DNA of 64,000 nt from Amphiscolops sp. MND2022 (GCA_964187785.1 OZ076413.1:62992001-63056000); one strand, 5' to 3'. Shown: positions 25,299-39,170, numbered from the stretch's first letter. Made by a program: numbers and translations. Notes: generated by a model not told the origin, from the letters alone.

Positions 25299-27155
25299 AG
25301 CAGTCAACGCTGCTTACCCATCATGATGGCTGTCTACCCGAATATGGACAAGGACTTGATAAATATTTCAAACTTTAAACTTGAACATTGCTTGTTATTG
25401 TTCGTTTGATAAGATGTTGCTTTTAGTTGTACATTTCAGCTAAAATGATGATTGATGATTGTTGAGTGTCGTTATTGTTGTTATTGTTTTCACCCATAAG
25501 GTGCGTTGATCAATTGAAAAACGACTGGAAAGTTAACGCCAAAGTTATCAAAACAGTGCTAAATCTTTGTTTTGTCGCCTTAATTCATAAGAAGGAGTTA
25601 AATTCAATGATCCTATATATCTTTGCCACATTAAATCATTTGTAGTTCAATCATGAGGAAAACAATCAAAAACAGTATGATGATTCATTTAAAAATCAGC
25701 ATAATACTTTCGTACGTTTATTTGATACTGATTATGCGGCATTATGCAGTTTTCATAAAACAGCATATGCGGTTTTGTTAAAGAAACAGCATAATGATCA
25801 TGTACGCAGTATAGTTTATACTTTGTATTGCATTATGCGGAAATTCAGTAGAAACAGCATGATGACTTGAGTTAAAAACAGCATATGCGGAAATTCAGTA
25901 GAAACAGCATGATGACTTGAGTTATAAACAGCATATGCGGAAATTCAGTAGAAACAGCATGATGACTTGGGCTAAAAACAGCATATGCGGGAATCCAGCA
26001 GAAACAGCATGATGGTTCAGATTGGAAACAGCATATGCGGAAACCCTGTGGAAACAGTATGACGTGTCAATATAGGAACAGCATATGCGGAAATTTGACA
26101 GAAACAGTCTGACGTTTCAACTTAAAAACAGTATAAAGATTCTCATTCCAGCTGATAAAATTATACTGAATTATGAGGTTTTCATGAGACAGCATATACT
26201 AAATTATGATGTAAAACAGCATAATTTGCAGGATTTTCAGTGCTACGATGTTGTACGTCACAATGCTATATTTAGACCTTCCAGGAGTCTGACGCAATAT
26301 TATATTTTTAACATTTGACCCTAGAAACATGACGTTATGATGATTTGCATAAAATTGAAAGTCATGTAACTAAAAATACCATCCAATGGAATCAATTGAA
26401 GGGGGATCATCAAAAAACCACTTTTCTAACGATCATTCGAGAAATATTGCATATTCAGAGCAGTCACTCATTTTCACAAACAACTCACAATCCACAAACT
26501 TTGCAGTTTCCTTCCCCTGTAAAAAAACTTCCACAGTTTCATTTTGCCAAATATCTTTGTAATTCAAAGATTTTTGCACCTAAAATTGTTTTCGTCATGG
26601 GAAACAAGAGAAATAGACGATCAAGGAGAGTAGAGTCCCAATCATCAGACAGAGACGAAAATACTTCAGAAACAAGCTTCACTCAAGGTAATGCGACTTT
26701 AGTTGGTGTTTCTGAAAATGTTAATAATGTTCTTGACAGGAACTTAGGCAGCGAACTAACGGAAGCTTCTCAGATAAGCAATGAGATAGAAGTTATTTCG
26801 CAAAGACTAACAGAACAGAATAACGACAAGATGTCACAGATTGAAGAACAACTAAATAACAAATTCGAAGAGATACTTAAGGAGATTAGAACAAACAAAA
26901 ATCACATTGTAATGACTGATGAAGAGGATGCCGAGAATAATCAGCCCGGTCCTCCTAACTATAGAAATAAGGGTCTCAGGAACAAACACGCATCAAGTAC
27001 AACATCAGATAAAAATAAGAATCAGGATGACCGGTTCTATCCGTCTGAAATGAGTGAATTAAAACAACCGTACACTCCACTTGGGATTGCTGAAGACATT
27101 TTAGATGAAACCATTATCATAAAGGAAAACAGACAGGAAAGGGCCGATCATCACA
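25252..27155 (+). repeat. 3' LTR (1904 bp), including the gag N-terminus from ATG 26597
   Basis: TGTCG...TCACA, followed by the TSD ATCAG. Confidence 0.9.
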
Positions 27156-28199
27156 ATCAGACTCACAAACGAGCTGAAAATACACGCAAAAGCGCCGCTG
27201 TCATTTTAGCAAACATTGTGACATCCAGATGTATTTCGGAGGAACTACAGGCGCATTATCATTTAAATCAGCTTTTTATTGTTTGACTGAAAAACCCACA
27301 ATTTTCCAGTAAAATCAGAACAAGGACAAGATAACTCAAAAATAAACGAACACGTTCACTTTCAATGAAGAAGTATCGAAGAATCTCGATGACAACGTTT
27401 CACGATTGAAACTATGAAAGTACAAAATGTCTCAGAAAGAAGCATAATGGTTTGGATGAAAACCTATTCAATCAGGACTATAACTTTTTATCTTAATTAT
27501 GATTACAGTTAACGATTGTCTTTATAATTTCGTGTGAGGTTGGTAAATTTTTGTTTTATCTCACAAATTAGTTGGACATATGTGTCAAAAGCGAAGGCTC
27601 TCAACATACCGTAAATTAGCTAGCATCAGCTAAAAGTTTTCAACGTTTGTTAACAGTGTGTGTCTATCTACAATAGGTTCAGAAAGCATCATGCTCGTCT
27701 CACTGTTTGGTCTCTCAACAAGCTCAACAGCGAGGAGTAACAGTGAACGAAACTTATTGCAGTGCCACTACTTATCTCGTAGGTTCTCCTGAAAAAAAAG
27801 AGCTTCGTGATACTTATAGAAACACGAATTGTGTAGAAACTTTGTTTGCGTTCATTTTGCAGAATTGGATGATAAAATAGAAAAAAAACTATATTTATAC
27901 AATCATCAAAATAGTTACAAGCATAAGTTGGAACATAAGTCTGTCTGCCTGGAGCAGTCAAAGGCACAATGCCCTACTACACTAACCCTATTTCATACAT
28001 CTTTGAGGAGGTTAAGTTTGCGTAGGACTTCATGGAAATTTCATGGAGGAAAAATTGACTGAATTACTAATGATGAAGACAAGAAAACCCTTTCATGATA
28101 TATTTTGCGCTCTAGCATGTACGACTAGTGTTCCGGTGTATCACCAAACGAGGTGCAAAACGAGGTATAACAAAGTTTTTCTCTTCAACATAGGTACAA

Positions 28200-28980
28200 C
28201 AAGACGGGAACGTCTCAAGTCGGCGCTTAACAAAAGGCTGAAAAAGCACAAAATTTTTAAATAATGCTGAGGAACTTCTTAAGGGAAAACTCACAGAAAA
28301 GTTTGGAAACACTTTCGAATAACCCAAATGACCGAACCAGCGCGGGCCCCTTGCTCACTCAATAGGATCATTTGCGATTTGTGATATCCTTCATGTTGCA
28401 ATATATCAAAACAAGGAAGGGGACCCTTTGGAGACAAAAAAGACACATGAGAGTTTTGAACAGTGTCATGGTGCCAAAAAACAACTAAAAATTGAGAAAA
28501 AAAACGTTTTTTTAAATTTTTTTTGAAGTCTCCGGTACGTCGCATGGTGCCGAAAAATGTAAAAGGGGTCCTTTGGGGATTTTTTAACATCCATTCTGTT
28601 GCAAATTATCAAAAAATTGAAGAGAGACACTTTGGTGCAATACAAAAGTTTACGAAAAAAAAGAATCATAGTGGCAGAAGGGGAGGTCTTGAGTAATTTG
28701 TTCGACGTGCTGGGTGTCGGTTTTGTTTTTGACCAAATTCTGAGGTTTTCAGTGTGTTTTAGACATCCGGAGTTCAAGTTGAACAAACGAAATAACGAGT
28801 TAAACCTTACGGGTCTTGAAAAACTACCCAATGTACGAGCCGAGCTTTTCAGGGAAAACAGCACAAAACTAAAGACTTGTGGTGGAAAATCGAAGGAAGA
28901 GAGCTGAAACGAAAACACAGTCCACCCGGAGTTCCTCGTACCAAGTTTCCGGGTCCGACTAAACAACTCAAATACCAACA
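28200..28980 (-). repeat. Interspersed repeat of the same family as 1-283 and 63221-64000
   Basis: Terminus CAAGACGGGAACGTCTCAAGTCGGCGC. Segment 28555-28795 aligns with 63780-64000. Confidence 0.55.
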
Positions 28981-29570
28981 AACTTTACCATTTTACTAAA
29001 TGAAACTAAGAAAAAGCTGCCATTCAGTGTTTACTTCCTAAAGATAACATTGTGAAGAGCTGCATTGGCAACAAAATTATTTTCCTGAACTTTCTGAAAT
29101 TTTTTTTAAAGACGAAGGTGCAGTTAAGTTTCAAGTTGCACACGTCTAAGAAGTTCGGCATCGATTTGATCATATTGACGAAACAATTTTCAGACGTAAA
29201 TTTAGATCACTTGATGAGATATTTGAAGCAAACAAGTTGCTCATGATATTGTTTGGATTTTCTAGTTTCGAGTTTGATGAAACATTGTAAAACTTCATCA
29301 AAGGTTTTCATTTGAAACGTCTACGAGTCCGGTGCAGTGAGCCACAATACAGGGAAATTCTCTGAGTGACATTATTGACAAGTTCGTAGAAACATAGTTT
29401 TTTATCAGGTTTTTACCGAGATACTTGAATGACTCAGCTTTTTCGATAATGTGACCATCAAGATCCATATTCTAATAAGAATTACTCTTGTTGAACGTGT
29501 TCATAAGCAAAAGCACAAATTAGTCCCTCTGACATGCTTTTGAGAGATCATTTATTTAACTAATAAAGAA

Positions 29571-29800
29571 CTAGCCGGGAACGGCCCAATTAGGCGCCAT
29601 ATCTACCGCCAACAAATTATGTGAAAATTTCCGGGAAAATTGATGCTATACGAGAAATGAAAACGCTATATCTGAACTTTGAAAACGTTACATCAGAACT
29701 TTGAAAACGTTATATCCGAACTTTGAAAATGTTTAATTCGAACTTTGAAGACGTTATATCCGAACTTTGAAAATGTTATATTCGAACTTTGAAGACGTTT
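29571..29800 (-). repeat. Helitron-like terminus (CTAG) followed by a ~23-bp tandem repeat (TATATCCGAACTTTGAAAACGT)
   Basis: CTAGCCGGGAACGGCC terminus and about 5 units. Related units occur reverse-complemented at 63460-63680. Confidence 0.55.
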
Positions 29801-29825
29801 TTTCCGGACGTTGAAATGGTTAGTG

Positions 29826-30230
29826 AAAGAATTGTATAGGTTTCGATCTTTCCTATACCTCGTTTTTGGGAAGTTTCTCGAAGATATTTCGAAAAGATTT
29901 GTTTCAGAGATAATACAAGTTTGGATCCAGGAAGAAATAAAAACCACAATGATAAATCTGCAAATGGTTTACAATTCAATGAACATATGAACAAATATGA
30001 GTCATGATTTCGAGATAGCAAAGAAACAATTTTTTTATTTCCAAAAAGATATTTTTTACTAAGTACTTCAGATTTTATGAAGTTATTTCGAAGATTTAAT
30101 TTACCGCTACCGAGATTCGAACCCACGCCGGATGCATCCGAGCCTTGCACTTTGCCTTCAAGCAAAGCTGTCTTATTATTAGATAAAATTATTTCAATCT
30201 TTTTGCGAACGCAACATCCTTCCAAGAAGC
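29826..30230 (-). pseudogene. Degenerate non-LTR (L1/Tx1-like) RT fragment
   Basis: Close copy of 38769-39160. Frameshifted RT-like motifs (IILSNNKTA; FISSWIQT). Confidence 0.4.
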
Positions 30231-30358
30231 TGTAGACAAATGAATCAATCCAACAAAAAACTCTTTTTAAATGTAGTTGTCTTACTTGTTACAAAAAACA
30301 CAATAACACAATAAAATATGACGAAATGGATTAAATTGTTTCTTTTTTAGCTTATAGT

Positions 30359-33300
30359 TTACTCGGAAATGAGGAGAATGGGAGCGAGCTTGACAACTGG
30401 GCGAACAAGGTTTCCGGTTGAGGTGTTGACTTCAGCTGAACGGGCGATGGCATCGGTGCCGTAGTTTAACTTCACCACGCGACCAAGTGGGTAGTGTCCT
30501 CTTGGTGCGGTAGGCTCAACTAGCCAGACACGATCTCCGGTTTTCAGATGTCGTTCTGACGACAGGAACCATTTCGAGCCACGGTTGAGGTGTGGAACGT
30601 ACTCCTTGAGCCAACGATTCCAAGTTGCGTCCGAATACGCTTGAGCTCGAACATATCGCTTTCGATGGTCTATTTCAGGGCAGAAGTTTGACGGCAACCT
30701 TGAACTAGCTGTTCCCAAAAAAGTGATTTAGCGTGAGCTTCGACGTCCGTAGCTTCTGGACTAACGGGTGTGATTGGGCGGGTGTTGAGACATTGGGCGG
30801 GCGTTGTCAAGATTTCGTCTGTCAAACAGCGGTTTCCTAAAACGGAGTAAAAAACGTGTTTGAAGCTACAAACTATGGTGGGGGGAACTTGGAGGGTCAA
30901 ACTTCTACTTAATTCATCCCTTTCTTGACGAGTGACTCGCTGAGTACTTGTTGATTCCAATTATTGATGTTGGACAAAAGTTCTTCCTAGCTAGCATCGA
31001 AGTTTGTCCCGTTGTTGGACCAGATTACTGATGGGATTCCACGGTGGGCACAAAATCTTTCAATCCCCATCACGCAACTGCTGGTATCATACATACTGAG
31101 AACAACTTCACAGTGAACGGCGCGGGTCGTCAGGCAAGTAAAAAGGAAGCCCCACCGTTTTTCACTCGAACTTTTCACCGATACGAAGAACAGTCCGAAG
31201 TAATCGATCCCAGTATTCGACAAAGGAGGTTCTTTGAACGCCAGCCTTTCGCAGGGTAGGTCCGACATTATTGTAGTCCGGGTTTCAGCTTTTCCTTTAC
31301 GGTATGTTAGGCATCTTGAAACAATGGTTCTCAGGACAGCTCTCAGCTTGACTACAGCAAATCGCTGCTGCACCAACGCTCTCAGATAGTCAACGCCCTG
31401 AAGGCAATGTTGAAAGTGTAATTGTTCTGAGAGAAACCTGACTAGTGAATGACGGGCATCCAATAGAATGGGTTGTTTGACATCAAATGTGACATTTTCG
31501 AGTAGTCTTGTTCGGCCAGAAGCTCGTAAGAGAATTGGACGATTTTCGATATTTTACTGAGCAGGGTCGACTTCAACAGGTTACGTTACTTTTTTCAGCT
31601 CGGAAGAATTCTGCTAGGGCCCGGTAGAGAAGACGTTGTTCGTAATTTTCAATTTCAGCAGGATCGACGAAGACGCCAGAGTTTGTCCTGTAGTCCCTAT
31701 TTCTCGACAGAAGCCGTAAAACGTAGGCTGCAAAGCGCAGGAGTTTCTGGTATGAGCCATACTTCTGCCACTCGAAGGATTTCGCAGTTGCAACTTGGGT
31801 TTCGGACAGCATTGTACACGACTCTGTACTTGAAGCCTCCGGATGGCTTGAAGGGCCATTCATTTGTTTTCAAGAATTTGGGACTGCTTAACTAACTACT
31901 CAGCAAAAAAGGTTTGGCGGACAAACCTCTAGTTCCAGCATCAGCGGGGTTGTCAGCGGATTGAACATGGTATCACTCGTCGGCAGTCGTTAGTTCGAGT
32001 ATCTCCACCGCGGTTTGCAACAAATACTGGCTGTTTTTCAAGGGAGTGTAACCACTGAAGCACCGTAGTATTGTCAGTCCACATGAAAGTCATCTCGATT
32101 TGCAGAGTTAGTGCGCGTTGCACTTCGTTTCTCAATCTTGCGGAAAGCAGTGTGGCCTGCAGTTCGAGCTTAGGAATGGTCAGGGCTTCAACGCTTTTTC
32201 AGTAGAACTGTCAGCGCCGCTAATGAGTTTGCCTCTGAGGAAAGCTACTGCACTAAAAACATCTTGCCAACTGTCCCCAAACAAATGTAACTCCAGACGT
32301 TCGACCTTTCGTTGGTAGTAACTTCTTGGAATCCTGAGTTCGCTAAGTGTTCCGAATTTAGAACTTCAGTCAAAAAACTTGGTTACAATGTCATCTGGGA
32401 AAATGTCATCCCATTTCTGGCCGCTCAGTCTCCATATGTCTTTGAGCAGAAGTCGGGCTTTCACAGTGTACAGAGCTACGAGGCCACTAGGATCGTAAAC
32501 AGCGGAGACGAGGCTGAGGACAATTCTTTCTGTAACAGTTCAATTTTTATCAGGGGTGGTGCCTCGGCTAACAACATCGTTCCATTTGAGACCAATTTTA
32601 TGTGATGATTCCTCTGTTGTCAGTAACGGTTTAACATCGTTGGTTTGGCTGTCAGAGTTCGGTTTGATTTGTTGCAGGATGTTGGAGTCGTTAGTCACGA
32701 TTTTCGTCAACTTGAATCGACCGATTAAAAGCAATTATGTCAAAACTTTATCTTTTTGAATGGCTTCTTCAGCCGTCGGACTAGATTTGAGATAGTCGTC
32801 CATGTAGATTAGATGTTTGTTTCCACGCTCTGGGCGACATTCGGAAAATCTTCAGCATTGTCTGTTGCGGTCCTCTTTAGGACGTAATTTGCGCATGTCG
32901 AGGAGTTTTTCGAAGAGAAGATGAGCCTTACGTATTGAACAACAGCAACTTCAGTTGATTGGCATTCCCGCCACAGAAAACGGAGATGGCTGGTCTTTAG
33001 GAATAACTCCTACTTGTGGAAACATTCCTTTGATGTCGGCGGATACGGCGTTGGGAATGACGGAATCTAAAAACGATATGGATCAAGCTTTGCAGCAGAT
33101 CTGGACCAGTTAAAGGAGCATTGTTCAGAGAATAACCGTGAAACTACGCGGCACCATTCTGAATTCTTCCCACTTTGCCGGGTTTGTCGGGATGTATCAA
33201 GGGGTGATGTGGTAAGTACCATTCACGACGGTTATCAGTTCGAAAGCATTCGGATTTATCGACTTGAACAATATACCTTTTTTCAAAATCCTCTTTGATG

Positions 33301-36300
33301 GTTTTGCTGTAACTTTTTTTCGGTTGAGGATATTTCTCTGGACAGCGTTCTAAAGACTTGAGTTGAGCGAGAGCCGAGAAGTAGTTGTTCGGTAACGTAC
33401 TTTTGTCATCGGCCCACAACAGACCAACTTGGTAACGGCATCCAACGTTGAACGTTGTCTCTTCAAAAAAATTTTCTGCGCTTGCGCATTGGTCGCAGAG
33501 CGGGAATCAACTTGTTTGTAGACGTCGAATGACTCCATGTCATACCAGCTGCGAAGTTGATCGGCAAGAATCGAATCATTCTCTGAACTAGTGACAGCTT
33601 TGAAACAAGTCGAAAAAGACCCGTAGTGGAAGGAAGTGGCCGACTCAGTACACAACCCAACGGCAAACCAAACGGACGGCTATTGGAGTATTCGGACGGT
33701 CGGCTCCGAAGTACTCCAATGGGCGGATACAGTGGAAGACATCCTGACAAAGGAGCATCTCAATGTTTGGATAGCTGTACTTGCTGAGGGGGATCGGTTC
33801 TAAATGTGGGAAATTCTTTTTCAAATTGTCAACGTCAACAGTGTCGTTTCCCACTTTCAAATCATCTCACCTATAAGGCGTGACAGAAAAAGGTGAACAA
33901 AAGCCACCCGAATGAACGGGCGTCAACTTGAGCTCAACTGTTTCCGTGTCGACCAGTTGCTGGGAGTTTATTCCGTGTACGGTTAACTTGGTTGCTGAGC
34001 CCTTGACTCGTAGTTTGTGAGCTAAATTTCGTGAAGTCCAAGAATGACTACAAGCTGAGTCGCTTAAAGCGAGGCATTTCATGGAACTTGACAATGAATG
34101 GAACTGAAATTCTGCTGTTTGTAAAACGCTTTTGAAATCAGTTACGAAAGGCATGCCGGATCCTTCACTGCCGGTTTGTTTCTGATTGACCTTTGTTTTA
34201 CTACTTTGGGTAGTTTTTGCGTCGCCGAGACTTTTCTGGTGAAAGATTCTATCCGCGCCGTGCAGTAAATGTTTTGCAAGCTACAACAGCTTTCCTTGGT
34301 GCACGTTTTTGTTGCGGGCGTTGTCGGATTGAATGTCCGTCGTTCAAACAAGAAAAACATAATATGTTTCGGCAGCCAGCTTGGTTCTTTCAGTTGGAGT
34401 TTTTTGTGGAATACTGAGCATCGCCACAGCGGGTGACTGTTTTTGCAGGCTATGCACGGTTTCTCACTTCTAATCTTGGAGACAGTCTTCACTTGGTTGC
34501 TCGTATTCGCTCGCCGCAAGAACCTTGGTTCCCATTTTGTCTTGATTACAGTGTTGGCACGAACTTCTTCTGTCGTCGGTTTACTGGCTTTCCTTCGTTC
34601 GTGCGCTTCTGCTTTTTCTTTTAGCCCGTAATCGAATAAATCAACGTCGACCGGTCCAGATTCCGTTTGACAGTGTTCATAGACCAAACTTCCTTCATTT
34701 CTGGTGGAAGATTTGAACTGCTTGGTTCATGAGCGAAGCGTTCGACAGATCCCGGAGATAGTTCAAAGATCGGAAAAGGCCGACCAGCGAGGAAACAGTG
34801 GCAGAATAGCTTATAATACTATCGCTAGTGTGCAACTTGACTAGCGGGTATTTGGCAAGGCTGTCTAAGTAGGCGCTAACCACGATCTGAGACTGTCCAA
34901 ATATTCTTTCCAACGTTTTTAGCGCGTCCTTGTACATTGTGCCACAGTAGACAAATTCAGCAATGGTTGTTTTTGCCTTCCCGGTCACCAATGTCTTGAG
35001 GTAAGTTAGTTTCACGTCATCGGTTATGGGACTGAATCGATGGCACTTTTGAACTGGCCACACTACTCGTACCACTGAAGTGGATCTCCACTGAACTGGG
35101 CCAGTTTCCATTCCGGGAAGCGGTCTCGTTTCGATGACGCTAACAGTTGCGCGAGATCTTGAACTGTGAAATTATTTGTTACAGGTTGCGGCGGAGGGAC
35201 GAACTGAGGGGTTGCGGCTGACGTCGCTGCTGGAGACATGGTTGGGAAGTCAGTCAGTACTGGTGCGCAGCTCAATGCGGGCATTGTTGCTGGAGACGTC
35301 GAGTTGAAATAGTGTACAGTTCCTCCAGCGGTGACTGGGATAACAGGTGGAGCTGTATGCGCGACACTAGTAACCGGATACAGTGTCGGTGATACAGTCT
35401 GGCTCGTAACTAGGCACGTTTCACTGACAGGCGGGAACTTGTTTCACTGACAAGTTCGGAAGAAGATGGCTTGGGGGAACGCTGGATGTTGAAATTGGAT
35501 GCGAGGTGGCAGTCGCAATATGACCCGATGCTGTAGTAGCTACCAATGGAGTGTTTGTCCCTGAGACACAGTGGACAACTAGTGAAGTTGGACTGAGCCA
35601 GTGGTTGGTGCGTTAAAGGACGAACTTTGCACTGTAGCCTGTGGCTGGCTACCTGTGTGGCGAGCGTTGAATCCAAATTCTATTCTTGGGAGTTAGAAGG
35701 CGAAGTGGTCGGAACGTTTGTTTCAGTAAGTGTTGGTTGGGTTGCGGTGGCAACAGTGGTAGTGTTGGCATCCGGATTCACATTAGTTTCAGGGGCATGT
35801 GCACTTGCAACGAGTGAATTGTTAACCCACTTACTAACTCGGGAAGGTTCTTCGAATCTAATGGATGTGGCTAGTTGCGACACAGTATCTGGAAACTCTG
35901 ATCGATAGTCCGACAAAATGTGTCTAAGTTCAAGTTCGGACAATGTTGCTTCAGCTAGTTTCTTTCTGTTTGATCAATACGCGTAACACCAAATCACACA
36001 GTTGATTGTTGGCTGTTAATCGAGCTAGCAAGATCTTGCTAGTTCGTTGCGGCATATGTATCGTAATGTCGATTTTCGTCCTCTAGCTGTTCAACTCGGA
36101 GTGCTTGTTCATTCTTCAACCGTTCGGTTTTTAGTCCCAGTTGCTCTTGTTCGGCTTGGAGGGTTTCCAGTTCAATTTCTGGTTGCTGCTTCGGTAGTCT
36201 GATGGCGGCTTCATTTTGTTTTTCTACTTCCTCCTTGCGTTGCTGGGCATTGAGCAGATACCGTTGCTTTTGACTAGATGTTCGAGATTGTCGATAACTA

Positions 36301-36644
36301 GACGTTTTGCTTAGTTGCGTTTTCTTCGCGGTTGAAGGTTTGGAGGATGCATCTGTGTTTGGATATTGGTCGATGTAATCACGGGCCTTCTTCAATATTG
36401 CATCATTTGGGGTGGTAACTGCTGCTAACGAAGTCTCCAGATCTGTTTTGACAAGTGACGGGTTTTCTGTTTTGGATGCAAACTCGAAAAGTTGCTCTAG
36501 TTTCGAGAGCCATTTCGTTATTGCTTCGTCACATGACTGAGCAAGTCGCTCAACGCGGACACCTCGATCTTCGTTATCCACGGCATCGTTCAGTTTTCTT
36601 TGCAATCTCTGTAGTTCGGTCTCGGCTTTAGATCGGCTTACCAA
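30359..36644 (-). mobile_element. Decayed BEL/Pao LTR retrotransposon coding region (gag-PR-RT-RH-IN-DUF5641-like tail)
   Basis: Gag FSGDPLQW..W and YLKTLVTGKAK, C-x2-C knuckle, REWYLPHH, WTDNTTVLQW, TGIDYFG...FTCLTTRAVH, tail WNRWLKEYVP...GDRVWL...YPLGRV. Many frameshifts. Confidence 0.88.
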
Positions 36645-37399
36645 AAGTTTTCTCAGCTTTTAACGCATGGGGTTAGCTATTCTACTCGAGTGAGTACGCT
36701 ATAGACGCAACAAGGTAGTGGTCATTAGGTGATGATCAGAATAGTTCTCAGGTTTCCCTTTGTCAGCATCAACCAAGCAACGAAGCTTAGACGCGGCTGA
36801 TCGTGGGAAGTTGGGAAGGATTATGACTTTTTGGAGTCAAAGTAGTCACAGAATACGGAGACGAAAGACAAAACTCAAAGTCGCTCTAGAAACGCGATCT
36901 CAAAGCGAGATGCTGTTAAGGAGCTGGACTGTCAGGATTTCAACCGGACAATTAGGTCCGGACACTATTCTAACAGTGAGAGACGGAAATTGAATTGAAA
37001 AATCATCAACTAAAGGAAAAACGCTAATACTCTAAAAAACAATTTATTGGTAAAAGTAACTGTCGGAAGAACTTAATTGTGGGCCCTGAATATTAACAGA
37101 AACCTATTCCCAGTAATTGAGGAAAGTATAAAATATATTGCTACTGCAATTTCAACCAATCAATAAAAATTGGACGCCGTTATTAAATTGAGAGAACGGG
37201 GTGAATAAGTTTACAGAGTATCAACCAGACAACTAAGTCTGGACACAACTCTGAAACAAGCAACGGCCTGTGGAAACTTCAACCAGACAGTGATGTCTGG
37301 ACACTGTCCCCACGGTCACGAGAAAACGGGGTTTTACTGCGAAGGATTCAAAGATGCCTTTTTGATAGCGTATCGGGCACGCTTGCTAGGCCTCTCTGG

Positions 37400-37970
37400 A
37401 CGGTTTTTGTCAGTGATGGCCGAAAGTTGACTCTCTTTACGTAAAATGAAGTCAAGGCTTTTCAATTCAAGCTCAGCACTCTGGGACTCTGGTGTGAAGC
37501 GTTGTATTGTTTCAAAAGTTCCGGATCCTTTTGTTTTTCCGATGAAATGAAGTCTTTCACGAAACTGAATACTTCGATGTTTTGATCGGTTTTCAATACA
37601 TACAAAGCATCAACAATGTATTGCGTTCGAAAACGTTGGCAATAAACCAGAGCACTGAGTTTGTTTTGAAGACCTTCTAGCACATCAAACAATTGCGGCA
37701 CAGTCAAAGGTTGAAAATTGTTACTATCATGCCGTGAAATACTGTTATTCTGTTATTCAAAATGTCATGCCATATAACTATGTCTTTTTCATCTTTGAGA
37801 GTTCCCGCTAGTAAGTTTTGCACAATTTAGCGGGGATTTTTCGTGTTCGGGTTTATTCTCGGGCCCGTGATTGAGAAGCTTTTATCTTTGTAAAGTGCTT
37901 TTTCATCAGGGGTTAACGTATCGATTGCATGATATAAAGAACTTGCAGCTAATGTAAAAACCATGCCCGT
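37400..37970 (-). pseudogene. Degenerate SGNH/GDSL-like ORF (AASSLYHAI...IVIWHDILNN...LSALVYCQR)
   Basis: Reconstructed by eye across one stop and one frameshift. GxSS-like block I and a later HD-x-x-NN block. The family call is inference. Confidence 0.35.
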
Positions 37971-38561
37971 TTTTGCACAATTGTATGGGAATGTTGACAG
38001 AAGCGGTAGTATTAAGTCTGAAATTCAATCGATAGTTACCAAAATAGTCTTAGGTTTGATTTTGTTGCGCAACTAAGCACTTCGAATACGGAGAATCAGA
38101 ACAAACCAAAATAGTTTTCTCTTTCATCGCATACAGTAAAAAAATCGGTAGCTCACAAATGAGTTTCTGTTTCAAGTCTGAATATCTTTTAGGCGAATTT
38201 CTTAATGTTTAGCTATCTCGAAATAAAAGCACAACAGAAATTACAAATTTTAGTTCCCACCAGTTTTTTTTAAATAAAAAAGACCTGAAGGCAGGAGATC
38301 AATGGCGTGGAGACATTTCGTGTTGTTACTTGTGGGGTATCGTCTGGGGCTGTTGTTTTTCGAACTGGTAGTGAAAATGTTGTTCAAATCTTGAGTTCCT
38401 CATTCAGAGACAATTGGACGAGCTCAAGAAAATAAATCAACAACTGTGTCGGGTTCCATGTAGCTCAGAATGACGAACCAACAACTTTTTATAAGTGTGG
38501 TTGTCACGCATTTTCACCGTTTGTTTTCAAACTGATAAAGCGCAAAGTAATTTCAGTCTAT

Positions 38562-39170
38562 CTAGTAATTAAATTCAGCATCAAAAGAATAACATGCTTC
38601 AAGTAGTCGCGCCAATAATAAATTGAGGGTTTCCTGATGGCACGAAATTGAAATGGTGAAAACGAACAGCTTACCATTAATTTGGTTAACGCGATTATGA
38701 TGTTTCCTCTCTAAAGGGAAAAGTAATGATTTACAAATAGTCACCGAATGCCTCTCAATGGCCACCATGAAAGAATTGTATAGGTTTCGATCTTTCCTAT
38801 ACCTCGTTTTTGGGAAGGCTCTCGAAAATATCTCGAAAAGATTTGTTTCAGAGATAATACAAGTTTGAATCCAAGAAGAAATAAAAACCACAATCATAAA
38901 CCCGCAGTATTGTTTACTATTCAATGAAACATATGAACAAATATGAGGCATGCTTTCGAGATAGCAAAGAAACAATTTTTTGATATTTCTAAAAAGATAT
39001 TTTTACTTTTTTTTAGATTTTGTGAGGTTATTTCGAAGAAATATTTTACGGCTATTGGGATTTGAACTCACGCCGGATGCATCCGAGCCTTGCACTTTGC
39101 GTTTAAACCAAGCTGTCTTATTATTAGATAAAATTATTTCAATCTTATTGCGAACGCAACAGTCACATCC
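38562..39170 (-). pseudogene. Degenerate LINE RT-domain fragment, inverted relative to the adjacent ORF2 3' part
   Basis: Frameshifted RT-like motifs on the minus strand. Duplicated at 29826-30230. Confidence 0.4.

Larger units (their letters stand above)
10059..27155 (+). mobile_element. Full-length 17.1-kb Ty3/Gypsy LTR retrotransposon with extra ORFs
   Basis: LTRs at 10059-11908 and 25252-27155 (TG...CA). 5-bp TSD ATCAG at 10054-10058 and 27156-27160. Domain order gag-PR-RT-RH-IN. Confidence 0.93.
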
